Positions 36,139-45,442 of a stretch of DNA of 64,000 nucleotides are shown here, piece by piece (the stretch's first letter is position 1; each line of letters opens with the position of its first letter). The translations under genes were made by a program, and so were the position numbers. This DNA is from Thalassocella blandensis (lineage in GTDB: Bacteria; Pseudomonadota; Gammaproteobacteria; Pseudomonadales; Cellvibrionaceae): assembly GCA_945882995.1 (NCBI GenBank), contig CAMCXE010000001.1, forward strand, positions 2,084 through 66,083, given 5' to 3'. Under the pieces are notes generated by a model, which saw only the letters and a list, made by a program, of their open reading frames with translations, did no database searches and was not told the origin of the DNA.

Positions 36139-36648
36139 ATGAGACGTGGAGACGCAACTGTGAAGATTAACCAAACCTTGCTGGGCCTTATGCTGTCCAG
36201 CGCCATACCTTCCGCCATGGCGGTAGATGTGACCACTGACAGTGGAACGCATTTTGTGAGCACTGATCGCTACACCAAGCAGGCCATCGAGGCGAGAGGC
36301 GATCAGGTATCACCCCTTGAATCCATCATATCCGCGGCATTCGGTGATGAAGTGAAAACCGTAGGTCAGGCAGTGAAAGAGCTACTCGAAGGCAGTGGAT
36401 ACAGCTGGGCGGCACCCACGGGCAATGACGATGCCATGCTCAATGACTTGCCATTGCCGGTGGTTAATCGTGATATTGGGCCAATTCGTTTGCGTGATGC
36501 ACTCACTACCGTGACGGGCAAAGCTTGGCGTTTACACATTGATGAATTACACCGCTCGGTGTGGTTTGAGGTGAATAGACCGGAACCGATTCAGGCGGCC
36601 CCCGCACCCAAGGTCGAGACACATAAGCGCAGCAATAGGGTGAAATAG
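36139..36648 (+). CDS. PilL/TcpQ-like conjugative transfer region protein (TIGR03748-like)
   Basis: Signal peptide (probable GTG start at 36160 after GGAGA). C-terminal LPLPVVNRDIGPIRLRDALTTVTGKAWRLHIDELHRSVWFEV resembles the TcpQ/PilL domain. Tentative. Confidence 0.45.
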   Translation: MRRGDATVKINQTLLGLMLSSAIPSAMAVDVTTDSGTHFVSTDRYTKQAIEARGDQVSPLESIISAAFGDEVKTVGQAVKELLEGSGYSWAAPTGNDDAMLNDLPLPVVNRDIGPIRLRDALTTVTGKAWRLHIDELHRSVWFEVNRPEPIQAAPAPKVETHKRSNRVK

Positions 36649-36651
36649 CTT

Positions 36652-36858
36652 ATGTTGATAATCTCTCGTCGCATCGGTGAGGTTCTGCGCATTAACGAAG
36701 ATGTACGAATCATGGTGCTGGATGTTGATAAGCACAGTGTTAAGTTGGGTATTCAGGCGCCCAGGCATGTTGTTGTTGATCGTGAAGAGATTTATGTGCA
36801 GCGATTGCAAGCGGGTGCCGGTTTGCCAGCCCCTGCCGCGCAGAGCAACCCGCAATAG
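36652..36858 (+). CDS. csrA: CsrA/RsmA-family post-transcriptional regulator (ICE-borne paralog)
   Basis: MLIISRRIGEVLRINEDVRIMVLDVDKHSVKLGIQAPRHVVVDREEIY aligns along its length with E. coli CsrA ([48 protein letters not shown]). Confidence 0.85.
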   Translation: MLIISRRIGEVLRINEDVRIMVLDVDKHSVKLGIQAPRHVVVDREEIYVQRLQAGAGLPAPAAQSNPQ

Positions 36859-36873
36859 AGCGAGGATTATCTT

Positions 36874-37371
36874 TTGAGCGGTTTTTTGAGTGAAAGTGAA
36901 AGTGACGCGCGCCTTAGAGTGAGTGCGATGGAGGAGATGAAGGAGGATATGGCGAGTATAGCGAGCGACCTACATAAGTTTTGCGATGGCACCGAATCCA
37001 TTAAGGTGGTGAAGGTGGCTAATTGCTGTGAGCGAATGCTTCAGCTTAATCAGTTGAGGTATATTTTTATGTCACGCCATGCTTATTTTTTAGCATGTTA
37101 TACAGGCGGTTATCCGGGTTTGGATAGGTGGGCAGAAGAATTGCGTTGCGTTGTGATCAGTATCTGTGACCAAGCCGCCAAAGATTTTGCCATCGTCCTC
37201 AGTTGGCTGCCGTCCGAACAATCCATTCTCGAGGTGATAGATCAGCCAGGCGATACGGAGGGGCCAGCGAAAGACTATTCCTCCAGAATGGAGGAAGAGA
37301 CCATATTAAGTAAGCGAAATATGTCACTGAAAATGCGATTGCTGCGGCTAATCAAGTCACGAAAAATATAA
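36874..37371 (+). CDS. Hypothetical protein
   Basis: 165 aa with a TTG start in the track. An alternative ATG (MEEMKEDM) lies about 54 nt downstream. Confidence 0.4.
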   Translation: MSGFLSESESDARLRVSAMEEMKEDMASIASDLHKFCDGTESIKVVKVANCCERMLQLNQLRYIFMSRHAYFLACYTGGYPGLDRWAEELRCVVISICDQAAKDFAIVLSWLPSEQSILEVIDQPGDTEGPAKDYSSRMEEETILSKRNMSLKMRLLRLIKSRKI

Positions 37372-37402
37372 GGGTATTGAGTCGGCAAATGCGCGCCAGT
37401 CC

Positions 37403-37623
37403 TTGCTATGATAAAAGAGCAAATAAAGTGCAGCGGCTTTTTCCTCGCTGAACCTTAGTTCCACCCGTTCCATCTAGATCATTCAATAACGCAAACCTTC
37501 GGGTTTGATGATCGGTCGCAAGACTGCGTTAATTCTGAGTGTTATCGCTCACCCATCGGGGAATTCAAAATCCTGATGGGGTGATGAATTCCCCATTTTT
37601 TTATCAAAATTGAGGATCGTCAC
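37403..37623 (+). promoter_or_regulatory. Type A structured leader, copy 1 (extended -10, conserved hairpins, intrinsic terminator/attenuator)
   Basis: TGCTATGAT extended -10, CAGCG/CGCTG hairpin followed by GAACCTT, CAAACC-UUCG-GGUUUG hairpin, GUC-GCAA-GAC hairpin, and the terminator GGGGAATTC(19 nt)GAATTCCCC-A-T7 at 37558-37602. About 90 percent identical to 38133-38259. Confidence 0.7.
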
Positions 37624-38076
37624 ATGAGCACAACATCTACCACTCCATCCAAGTCCGTTAATGCTGTCACCGCCAAACTGGTCCAAACGCGCCGTCGCAT
37701 GTTAATGCTGCCGACGTATTTCCCTGGTACGTTTATGGTTGCCGAAGGCACCATCTATTCGTTTTTGGATCGGCTGAGTCAGGATTATCAAGGCGGTTTT
37801 TGGGATTTCTTTGAATTGTCCAACGGCGGTTTTTATATGGCGCCCAAGGCCAGTGCAACGGCTCTCAAAACGCATTTCACTATTAGCGTGCCGTTTGGTA
37901 ATGGCTATGAAGGTGAATTGACCTGTGATGCGGCAGGGATAGTGGCTTGTATTTTTGCCTATACCTATTTGGCAGAAACAACTGGCAAAGACTATTACCT
38001 TGACCTGTATGACAACCTGCGAAATTTCGCCTATGGCCACCCAGAAGCAGCTCAAATTCTGAGAGCCATCGACTAA
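37624..38076 (+). CDS. Antirestriction protein (ArdB/KlcA / Pfam Antirestrict family, YfjX-like)
   Basis: FELSNGGFYMAP, CDAAGIVACIFAY and the C-terminal HPEAAQILRAID closely parallel E. coli YfjX (YTLSNGGAFMAP, AEAAGIAVCL, HPESSAIMRIID). Confidence 0.85.
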   Translation: MSTTSTTPSKSVNAVTAKLVQTRRRMLMLPTYFPGTFMVAEGTIYSFLDRLSQDYQGGFWDFFELSNGGFYMAPKASATALKTHFTISVPFGNGYEGELTCDAAGIVACIFAYTYLAETTGKDYYLDLYDNLRNFAYGHPEAAQILRAID

Positions 38077-38094
38077 TTGCAGAGTATTTAGATT

Positions 38095-38122
38095 AAGACC
38101 ATCCTCGGGTGGTCTTTTTTTT
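38095..38122 (+). terminator. Rho-independent terminator
   Basis: AAGACCA-TCCTCGGG-TGGTCTT followed by a T-run. Confidence 0.75.
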
Positions 38123-38132
38123 GCGCTAATTT

Positions 38133-38352
38133 TTGCTATGATGAAAGAGCAAAAAAGTGCAGCGGCTTTTTCCTCGCTGAACCTTTGTAGCATCCAGATC
38201 ATTCAATAACGCAAACCTTCGGGTTTGATGATCGGTCGCAAGACTGCGTTAACCTTACTCAATGAGCATTTCGCTCGCCACCCACTGGGGCAAACACTTG
38301 CCCATTGGGGGTTTGTGTTTCTCCGGTATTTTCTTACTTTTGGAGAAACACT
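38133..38352 (+). promoter_or_regulatory. Type A structured leader, copy 2 (ends in an SD-sequestering hairpin)
   Basis: Same 5' 127 nt as copy 1. The 3' part has the perfect 10-bp stem GTGTTTCTCC (38315-38324) / GGAGAAACAC (38342-38351), which covers the SD 2 nt before the ATG. Confidence 0.7.
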
Positions 38353-39207
38353 ATGAACGCTCAAGCAAACACCACCACTCGCAACGCATCCGTTTCAACC
38401 GCTCGTTCATCTCGCCCTGCGCAAGCCGTGCGAGGTCAATCAGCTAAGCAAGCCGACAGTCACTACTTTAATGCACACTTGGAAGGTATGGGGTATCTCA
38501 ACAATATCCGTGAGATCCAAGGTAAAAGCGGCACGTTTGTGTCGGTGCAATTTTGTATGCTGGAAGGCAAGCCAGACAGTGTGGAGAAAATTTATATCTC
38601 TCTCACGGTACCGGCGGATGATGTAAAAGATTTGCTTACCCAGCATTGGGACGCAATCAATAGCGGTGATGAAGACTCCAAAGTGTATGCCGGATTGCGC
38701 TTGTCGCATTTTCGCGCAGAACCTTTTATGTACGGTGCGAATAGTGCAAAGTCCGGGCAGCTGGGCGTTAACTATTCAGCCCGTGCCATAAAGGTCATGC
38801 ACTTGAAGGTGGGTAGCCAGACAATCGTGTTAAGCTCTCGCGATAGCGAGGCGAAAACCGATTATGGTGTGCCCGCCAAACGAACCGTTGCACCCAAAGC
38901 GGTACCTGCGGCCAGTAATGACACCGGTTTATTTGATAAACCTTTATCGGTGGAATTACGCAAAGATGATCCTAACTTTCAAACGATCGCTGATCGTTTG
39001 CGAGGTGATGGTTATCGCTGGCACAGTGATCGGTTTGCCTGGGTAATGCCTCATGTAACACTTGAGGCCAGCAACCCAAGCTTTACCGAGAAACAGCAGG
39101 CACTCGTGGCGGAAGGATATCGTTCTGATGATGGCTTGGTGTACCACATGACCTTTGGTCGTGGTGCCAGACCACAACAGGCTCGATATTCCGGTAACCG
39201 TCATTAA
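38353..39207 (+). CDS. Hypothetical ICE protein (DUF3577 / STY4534-like, tentative)
   Basis: Start placed at ATG 38353 after the GGAGAA SD. HYFNAHLEGMGYLNNIREIQGKSGTFVSVQFCMLEG resembles my memory of DUF3577 island proteins. Confidence 0.45.
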   Translation: MNAQANTTTRNASVSTARSSRPAQAVRGQSAKQADSHYFNAHLEGMGYLNNIREIQGKSGTFVSVQFCMLEGKPDSVEKIYISLTVPADDVKDLLTQHWDAINSGDEDSKVYAGLRLSHFRAEPFMYGANSAKSGQLGVNYSARAIKVMHLKVGSQTIVLSSRDSEAKTDYGVPAKRTVAPKAVPAASNDTGLFDKPLSVELRKDDPNFQTIADRLRGDGYRWHSDRFAWVMPHVTLEASNPSFTEKQQALVAEGYRSDDGLVYHMTFGRGARPQQARYSGNRH

Positions 39208-39784
39208 GTTCGGATGGTTCGCAAAATGCTTCAGGATAGGGTTTTCCCTATGCCTGGAGCGTTTTTCAAAGTGGTTTGATGACAGACTTTTTTGAAAAAC
39301 TCCCGCCCACGTCGGTAACGTGGAACCTTGCCCTTTATTGGGCGATCTCGGCACGTCGAATGCAACCGAGACAAACGAAACGCAGTTTCTCCCCAGTTGT
39401 TGCAAAGTAGTTTTCGACATATTTAGATGTAAGTAACCAGAGCGGGTGTACTGTGGGTGACTCCGAACAGTACAAAACCATGCCGGTTAGTAAAATTACA
39501 TCACAGACAGCTTGTATCCAGTGAGACGGGTTAAATGCAGGCGGTGATCTCCCCAAAAAAGCGGCTCAGCAATGGGCCGTTTTACTCAGGATTTTTAGCT
39601 GAGTGTTTTGAGTAAAACCAGTATAGAGTTGGCACTGTTTTTACTCAAGGCACTTGGTGCCAGACTCCCCCAAATAGCGACCACACGCAGAACAATATGT
39701 GGACCCTTTGTGCGGACTTGACCGTGCTCGGTAGTTGCCTATGACAATGACCTGCCAGATTATTTTCATAGCAAATCTGCAAGA

Positions 39785-39820
39785 CAAAAAAGTCACCCTC
39801 CGTGCAGTAAGGCGGAGGGT
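39785..39820 (-). terminator. Probable Rho-independent terminator on the minus strand
   Basis: 8-bp stem ACCCTCCG / CGGAGGGT (39795-39802 / 39813-39820), followed on the minus strand by GAC and T6. Confidence 0.5.
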
Positions 39821-40030
39821 TAAATCTCCCGCCACCTCTCCCCACCCCCTAGATCTGCCTTTACCCTTCTAATCACCCAATCCCAGACCGCCCAATCAAA
39901 TCGACACACCCAGTTCCAATTGAATCTGGATGCTGCCGTGTTCGTGGCGTAATCTTGATACCAACGGAACGCGTGAACTATCATCCCCGGTTTGCGTTCC
40001 TGCGCCACGATTAACCCACGAGGATTCTCT

Positions 40031-40348
40031 ATGCGATATGCCCGATTGATCCATGCCGTATTACTTGCCTCAGGCCTGTCCAGTGCCGTCCAGGCTTCGC
40101 CACCCGCCTCGCAAAAATCGCTCAATGACGCTCAAGCCAAGCTCAACGCGGAAGTCTTAGCGCAGCCATTTTCATTTGAGCAAGAGCAAGCCGTGGAAAC
40201 CTACATTGAGGAGCGTTTGCGCTTACGCGAAGAACCGCTGCGCACGGCGCCAGCCGCTTGGCGCAACCACTACGATTGCCATAAGTTGCACAACTACGAC
40301 GACTACCGTGATTGTCGGTATTACCAGCGTTATTACCAAGCGCGTTAA
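40031..40348 (+). CDS. Small secreted protein, unknown function
   Basis: MRYARLIHAVLLASGLSSAVQA signal peptide. The C-terminus is rich in Y/R/C (CHKLHNYDDYRDCRYYQRYYQAR). Confidence 0.5.
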   Translation: MRYARLIHAVLLASGLSSAVQASPPASQKSLNDAQAKLNAEVLAQPFSFEQEQAVETYIEERLRLREEPLRTAPAAWRNHYDCHKLHNYDDYRDCRYYQRYYQAR

Positions 40349-40420
40349 TGTTAATGCCGGCAATCGCCGCCCCGAGTTCCACCGCTGTACCCACAATAAC
40401 AAGCAATACTCACTTACTCG

Positions 40421-41197
40421 ATGAAGGAAATGATTATGAAAAACGCCGTAAAAGCTGTAGCAATTCTGGGTTTTAGTGCGTGGTTGGCCGGTTGCGCTGC
40501 CACACAAACTGCCATCAGCAAGAAAGACTTGGATGTGCAAACCAAAACCAGCACCAGCATTTTTGTGGATGCGGTACCTATGCCTAAGCGCACCATATTT
40601 TTAGATATTCGCAGTGGGGTGCAGGAATTTGACCGCAATGCGTTTAAGCAATTTGTTTCTCAGCAGTTTGCAAGTAATGCCAATGCCTACCGCTTGGTGG
40701 ATGACCCGGAGGCCGCTCAGTTCTCCATGGTGGCTTATGTAGTCAACCTAGAAAAAGCCAGCCCCACCGCTGCGCAGGCGGCTTTAGGTCAGGGTTTTGT
40801 GGGGGGTAACAGCACCACCAATGCTGTGTTGGCGGGCGCTGCATTGGGTAGCATGGGCTCCAATAGCGGCTACAAAGGTGCCATTGGCGGCGGCTTAGCC
40901 TTAGGCGCTGCGGATTTTGTGGCGGGCAATATGGTGAAAGATGTGACCTATTTGCTGGTAGTGGATGTACAAATTAAAGAGCGCGCTGCCAATGGCGCCA
41001 TTGTGCGTAAAGACACGGCGATCAACACTAAGGTGTCCGATGACGGCAAATCCCGCCAAACGGTGTCTGAGGTTTCCAATCAAAAAGAATACCGCACCCG
41101 CATTGTGACCACGGCCAATAAAGTGAACTTGAAGCTGGAGGAGGCTCAACCGCTGATGTTCTCCAAAACCGCTTACGCACTATCGGGATTCTTCTGA
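40421..41197 (+). CDS. traT: TraT surface-exclusion / complement-resistance outer-membrane lipoprotein
   Basis: Lipobox LAGC. Alignable to F TraT over its whole length (AISKKDLDVQTKTS..., VKDVTYLLVVDVQIKER..., YRTRIVTTANKVNLKLEEA versus F NVEDVNYTMITDVQIAER, YQTRVVSNANKVNLKFEEA). Confidence 0.85.
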   Translation: MKEMIMKNAVKAVAILGFSAWLAGCAATQTAISKKDLDVQTKTSTSIFVDAVPMPKRTIFLDIRSGVQEFDRNAFKQFVSQQFASNANAYRLVDDPEAAQFSMVAYVVNLEKASPTAAQAALGQGFVGGNSTTNAVLAGAALGSMGSNSGYKGAIGGGLALGAADFVAGNMVKDVTYLLVVDVQIKERAANGAIVRKDTAINTKVSDDGKSRQTVSEVSNQKEYRTRIVTTANKVNLKLEEAQPLMFSKTAYALSGFF

Positions 41198-41348
41198 TTT
41201 AACCAACTTGCAATTCAATGGCGCTCCATAGGGGCGCTTTTTTTTGCCCCAAAATAACTCGGTCGAGGCAAATACAATTTGATGGCCTTCAAAAAATTCT
41301 GGCGCGGATAAGCTTGTATTACTGCCCGTTCATATTTTGGAGAAAGCC

Positions 41349-44300
41349 GTGTCGCATCCGTTTTCATTTGCACTTAAGCCGTTGGCTGCCGTTATCGCCT
41401 TGCTGGCCATTACTGCGACTCCCGCTAGTGCTGGCACCCCCGCGCAAATCAGCTTCCAAAACATCATGGATAACCGCGATGTCACCACTGGCGAAGTGGA
41501 TGCGGTATTGCAAGACAGTCAGGGCTTTTTGTGGATCGGCGGGGCCAGTGGCCTCTATCGGTTTGACGCCTACGACTTAAAACCCATGGATACGCGGCTG
41601 GATGATGGCAAGACCACTAAGGCTATTAAATTCACCAAGGCGATTTTTGAGGATTCCCACCACAAGCTGTGGGTTTCAACCCGGAACGGACTGTATCGGT
41701 ACGATCCGATATTGGATCGTATTGAGGCGCTCCAGGACGATCCCGCGCAAACACTAAAAATTAGCAGCGCCAACTTTTTAAAAACCGTTGAATTACCCAC
41801 TGGTGAAATACTGGGGTGCTCGCTGGCCGGTCTGTTTGTCATCGACCCGCAAACACTCAAATACACGGTGATTACACCCAACAACAAAAAAATTGATTGG
41901 CTACAAGGCAAGGGCGTGAACACCGCGCTAGTTGCAGCGAACGGCGATGTTTGGCTGGGTACGGATCAGGGCCTGGAGTACGTTGAATGGAAAACCAAAA
42001 CCTTCATCTTGCGAAAACCGCTTCCAGAGCAGCCGCAGTTGGTAGCCGAGAATTTTGTGACCAGCATCGCCACGGCTGGCGATGACCAGCTTTGGCTGGG
42101 CACCTCACGAGGGTTGGTGTTGTACGATACAAAATCGCTACACTCCAAGCAGTTCCTTAATAATCCAGCTGATCCTAGCAGTTTAGGCGGCAATGACATT
42201 TGGGATTTGCTGGTGGATTCCAAGGGTGCCTTATGGATCGCCACCGATGGCGGCGGGCTGGATGTATTCGATCCCGAGACTCAAACCTTCACCAATCACA
42301 AATTTGAGCCGGGTCGGGCCACTTCCCTAAATTCCGACAAGCCACGCACGGTATACGAAGATAAAAACGGCGATATTTGGGCGGGAAATTTCCCGAATGG
42401 CCTGAATTTTTACGACCGCTCCAGCGCCGCCATACAAACCTATGCCCGTGATCTCACCAACCCCAACAGCCTGAGTCACAGCGCCATTATTTCCGTCGCT
42501 GAGGCGGATAAGGGCAATTTGTGGGTGGGCACCGATGGTGGCGGATTAAATTATTTTAATCGCGCCACTGGCGAGTTTACCGCGTATAAAAATGACCCCA
42601 ATACGGCCAATTCTTTGGGTGGAAATTCTGTGCCGTCGCTCTTTGTGGATACGGCAGGCGCGGTGTGGCTGGGCACCTTCGGTGCAGGGCTAAACCGTTT
42701 TAATCCGCAGGATAAAACCACCACCCGCTATCCGTTTGAAAACCGAACGCCCACAGAGGCGGTGAGTGTTGCAAAAGCCCTGAACGGGGCCGCTGTGTGG
42801 TCCATTAAGCCGGACAAAGACAACCCTACGCTGTTGTGGCTAACCTCGCGCACCGGCGGAATTAGCCGATTGGATACGCGTACAGGGGAGTTTACGAATT
42901 ATTTTCATGTGGATGGGGACCCGAGTTCCATTGCGAATAATTCCACCTGGACAACCCTTGAGGACTCCACGGGCAATTTTTGGGTAGGTACGGCGGGCGG
43001 TTTAGACCGGCTAGACAAGGCTACGGGCAAATTCGAGCATTATTCTGGCCTGAGCAATTCATCCGCTATTAGTTTGTTGGAGGACAGCAAACAGCGTTTA
43101 TGGGTGGGCACGGACGCAGGTTTAAATTTATTGGACCCGGCCACCAAAACCTTCCAGTCGTTCACCAAGGCAGATGGGTTTGTTGACGACACTATCCGTC
43201 GCATAGTAGAGGATCACAATGGTCTGATCTGGGTAAGTACGTTTAATGGGTTTGCGTCATTGAATCCAGAAACACACAAAATCAAGACCTATAACCGCAT
43301 CGCAGGCCGATTGACCGGGGGCTTTTCTCGCTCGGGTATGTTAACCAGTCGCGGCGAAATAGTATTTGGTGGTGTAAACGGCTTGCGTATTTTTAAGCCG
43401 GATCAGCTTGAAGAAAACGCCGAGTGGCCGCAGGTGGCGCTCACTGATTTCAAGATATTCAGTGATAGCGTAGCTATAGGTGGTGACGACAAGTTGCTGA
43501 CCAGCGCCATTAATGCTACCAATCTAATCACGCTGGACCATACAAAATCCATGTTCACGCTGGAATTTACCGCGCTCAATTTCCGTGATTCTGCAAAAAA
43601 CGAATTCGCCTATAAGCTCGAAGGATTCGATAAAGATTGGATTAATGCCGGTACGGCGCGCACGGCAAAATACACCAATCTGAGTGCAGGCACCTATGTG
43701 TTCAGGGTGAGCGGCAGCAATAACGATGGGGTTTGGAATGAAGCCGGTAAAAGCCTCACCATTGTTCAATTGCCCCCACCCTGGAAAACCTGGTGGGCCT
43801 ATACGCTTTATGGGTTGATGTTTGCGGGGCTGGTGGCGGCATTTATTCGCCAGCAAATTCGTAAGCGCCAGATTATTTTGGAGCAGAACAAAATTCTGGA
43901 GATAAAGGTTGCCGAACGCACGGCGGAAGTGGTGGAGAAGGGCAAAGATATTCAAGCCATGCTGGTGAATATTCGCCAGGGACTATTCACTATTACGTCA
44001 GCGGGATTGGTTCATAACCAGTATTCGGCTTATCTTGAGACTATTTTTGAGTCACAGGATATAGCGGGGAAAGGTGTGGATGAGCTGCTGCTTTCGCGCT
44101 CTGAACTAGGGTCTGACGCTCTGGATTCTACGCAGGCCGCGCTCTTCGCAATCCTAGGTGAGAGCGAATTCAATTTCGAGTGCAACGGCTATTTGTTGCC
44201 GACCGAATTAGTTGTTCGTGTCAGCGGGCACGATAAAATCCTAGCCCTAGAGTGGAACCCCATCATTGAAAATGATGTTGTGAGCAAACTCATGGTGTCG

Positions 44301-45437
44301 GTCAGGGATGTAACGCTCTTGAAAAAAATGGAGGCCGAGGCTAGCGAACAAAAACGACAATTGGAGATTGTGGGCCAGTTACTCGGTATGAGCGCCGAGA
44401 AATTCTTAAACTTTGAGGCGGCTGCCGAAGCCTACATAGCCGCCAATCAAAACGCCCTTGAAAGTGCTCCACCTGAAAAAGACGAGACAACCATTGGCCT
44501 ACTTTTCCGCAATATGCACACCATCAAAGGCAACAGCCGCACCTTTGGCTTGAGCTATTTAAGCAATGTGGTGCATGAGGTGGAGTCAACGTATACCGAA
44601 CTAAAATCGTCCACGGAAAAACCGTGGGAGCCGTCTGCATTATTGCGTGACCTCACCAAAGCGAAAACCGCTTTGGCGGAATACAGCCATATTTATCGGA
44701 ATGTATTGGGTAGATCGCAAAACGAGCAGGAGCGCCAAGCGGGTTTTTGGATGCCCAACACCATGATGCAAAAAATACTGCATTTTGTGGACGGTGGCCT
44801 GCTGATGGATTTGAAAGTGTATGTAAGCAGAATTAATGCTAAACCCCTCGATGAATGCCTGAGCGACGTTACCGCGTCGCTAATTTCCATTGCCGCGCAG
44901 CTCGACAAAAAAGCGCCTAGCGTGATTATCCCCGCCAGCAATATCCGCATTAAACAAAACGCGCAGCAATTATTGCGTGACGTGTTTTCGCATATTTTGC
45001 GTAACTCACTCGATCACGGCCTTGAGCCACCCCTTGAGCGTGTTGCCAATGGCAAGCCCGAGGAGGGCACCATCATCATCACGCCTAGCGTGGTCGATGA
45101 TGCGCTCCATATTTTCGTCAGTGACGATGGACGCGGCCTAAACCTGCGCGCCTTGCATGGCAAAGGCATAAAACTAGGCTGGTGGGCGGAGGATGAAACA
45201 CCCTCGGTAGAGCACATGGCGCAGCTTATATTCGAGTCCGGCGTGTCCACAAAATCCACGATTTCCGATGTGTCGGGCCGTGGTGTAGGTATGGATGCGG
45301 TGCGCCAGTTTCTCATGGAGCGAGGCGGCTCAGTCGGCATAGAGTTAGACCTAGACGCATTGCCAGATACAGGTTTTGTAGCGTTTGCACTGGCCATCGT
45401 TTTACCAGCGAATACGTTTTTTGAAACGGAGGCATAA
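41349..45437 (+). CDS. Sensor histidine kinase: periplasmic two-component-regulator propeller repeats plus Y_Y_Y domain, TM, HPt domain and HATPase domain (CheA-like core)
   Basis: Many GLxxFD/LWIGT-type beta-propeller repeats. YAYKLEGFDKDW...YVFRV (Y_Y_Y), a TM segment, the HPt signature NMHTIKGNSRTFG, N-box LRNSLDHGLE, G1 DDGRGL, G2 GRGVGMD. Probable GTG start at 41349 after GGAGAA. Confidence 0.75.
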   Translation: MSHPFSFALKPLAAVIALLAITATPASAGTPAQISFQNIMDNRDVTTGEVDAVLQDSQGFLWIGGASGLYRFDAYDLKPMDTRLDDGKTTKAIKFTKAIFEDSHHKLWVSTRNGLYRYDPILDRIEALQDDPAQTLKISSANFLKTVELPTGEILGCSLAGLFVIDPQTLKYTVITPNNKKIDWLQGKGVNTALVAANGDVWLGTDQGLEYVEWKTKTFILRKPLPEQPQLVAENFVTSIATAGDDQLWLGTSRGLVLYDTKSLHSKQFLNNPADPSSLGGNDIWDLLVDSKGALWIATDGGGLDVFDPETQTFTNHKFEPGRATSLNSDKPRTVYEDKNGDIWAGNFPNGLNFYDRSSAAIQTYARDLTNPNSLSHSAIISVAEADKGNLWVGTDGGGLNYFNRATGEFTAYKNDPNTANSLGGNSVPSLFVDTAGAVWLGTFGAGLNRFNPQDKTTTRYPFENRTPTEAVSVAKALNGAAVWSIKPDKDNPTLLWLTSRTGGISRLDTRTGEFTNYFHVDGDPSSIANNSTWTTLEDSTGNFWVGTAGGLDRLDKATGKFEHYSGLSNSSAISLLEDSKQRLWVGTDAGLNLLDPATKTFQSFTKADGFVDDTIRRIVEDHNGLIWVSTFNGFASLNPETHKIKTYNRIAGRLTGGFSRSGMLTSRGEIVFGGVNGLRIFKPDQLEENAEWPQVALTDFKIFSDSVAIGGDDKLLTSAINATNLITLDHTKSMFTLEFTALNFRDSAKNEFAYKLEGFDKDWINAGTARTAKYTNLSAGTYVFRVSGSNNDGVWNEAGKSLTIVQLPPPWKTWWAYTLYGLMFAGLVAAFIRQQIRKRQIILEQNKILEIKVAERTAEVVEKGKDIQAMLVNIRQGLFTITSAGLVHNQYSAYLETIFESQDIAGKGVDELLLSRSELGSDALDSTQAALFAILGESEFNFECNGYLLPTELVVRVSGHDKILALEWNPIIENDVVSKLMVSVRDVTLLKKMEAEASEQKRQLEIVGQLLGMSAEKFLNFEAAAEAYIAANQNALESAPPEKDETTIGLLFRNMHTIKGNSRTFGLSYLSNVVHEVESTYTELKSSTEKPWEPSALLRDLTKAKTALAEYSHIYRNVLGRSQNEQERQAGFWMPNTMMQKILHFVDGGLLMDLKVYVSRINAKPLDECLSDVTASLISIAAQLDKKAPSVIIPASNIRIKQNAQQLLRDVFSHILRNSLDHGLEPPLERVANGKPEEGTIIITPSVVDDALHIFVSDDGRGLNLRALHGKGIKLGWWAEDETPSVEHMAQLIFESGVSTKSTISDVSGRGVGMDAVRQFLMERGGSVGIELDLDALPDTGFVAFALAIVLPANTFFETEA

Positions 45438-45442
45438 CAGCC

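Noticed and set aside
38956-39556. Minus-strand ORFs of 154 and 73 aa in and after the DUF3577-like gene
   Set aside because: The first is antisense to a coding gene. The second has no SD and no motif, and lies in the repeat-rich junction region.
39820-40125. 101-aa Trp-rich minus-strand ORF
   Set aside because: Its 5' part overlaps the start and signal peptide of the more convincing plus-strand gene (40031-40348). A shorter product from Met about 39984 followed by the minus-strand terminator remains possible but is unsupported by any motif.
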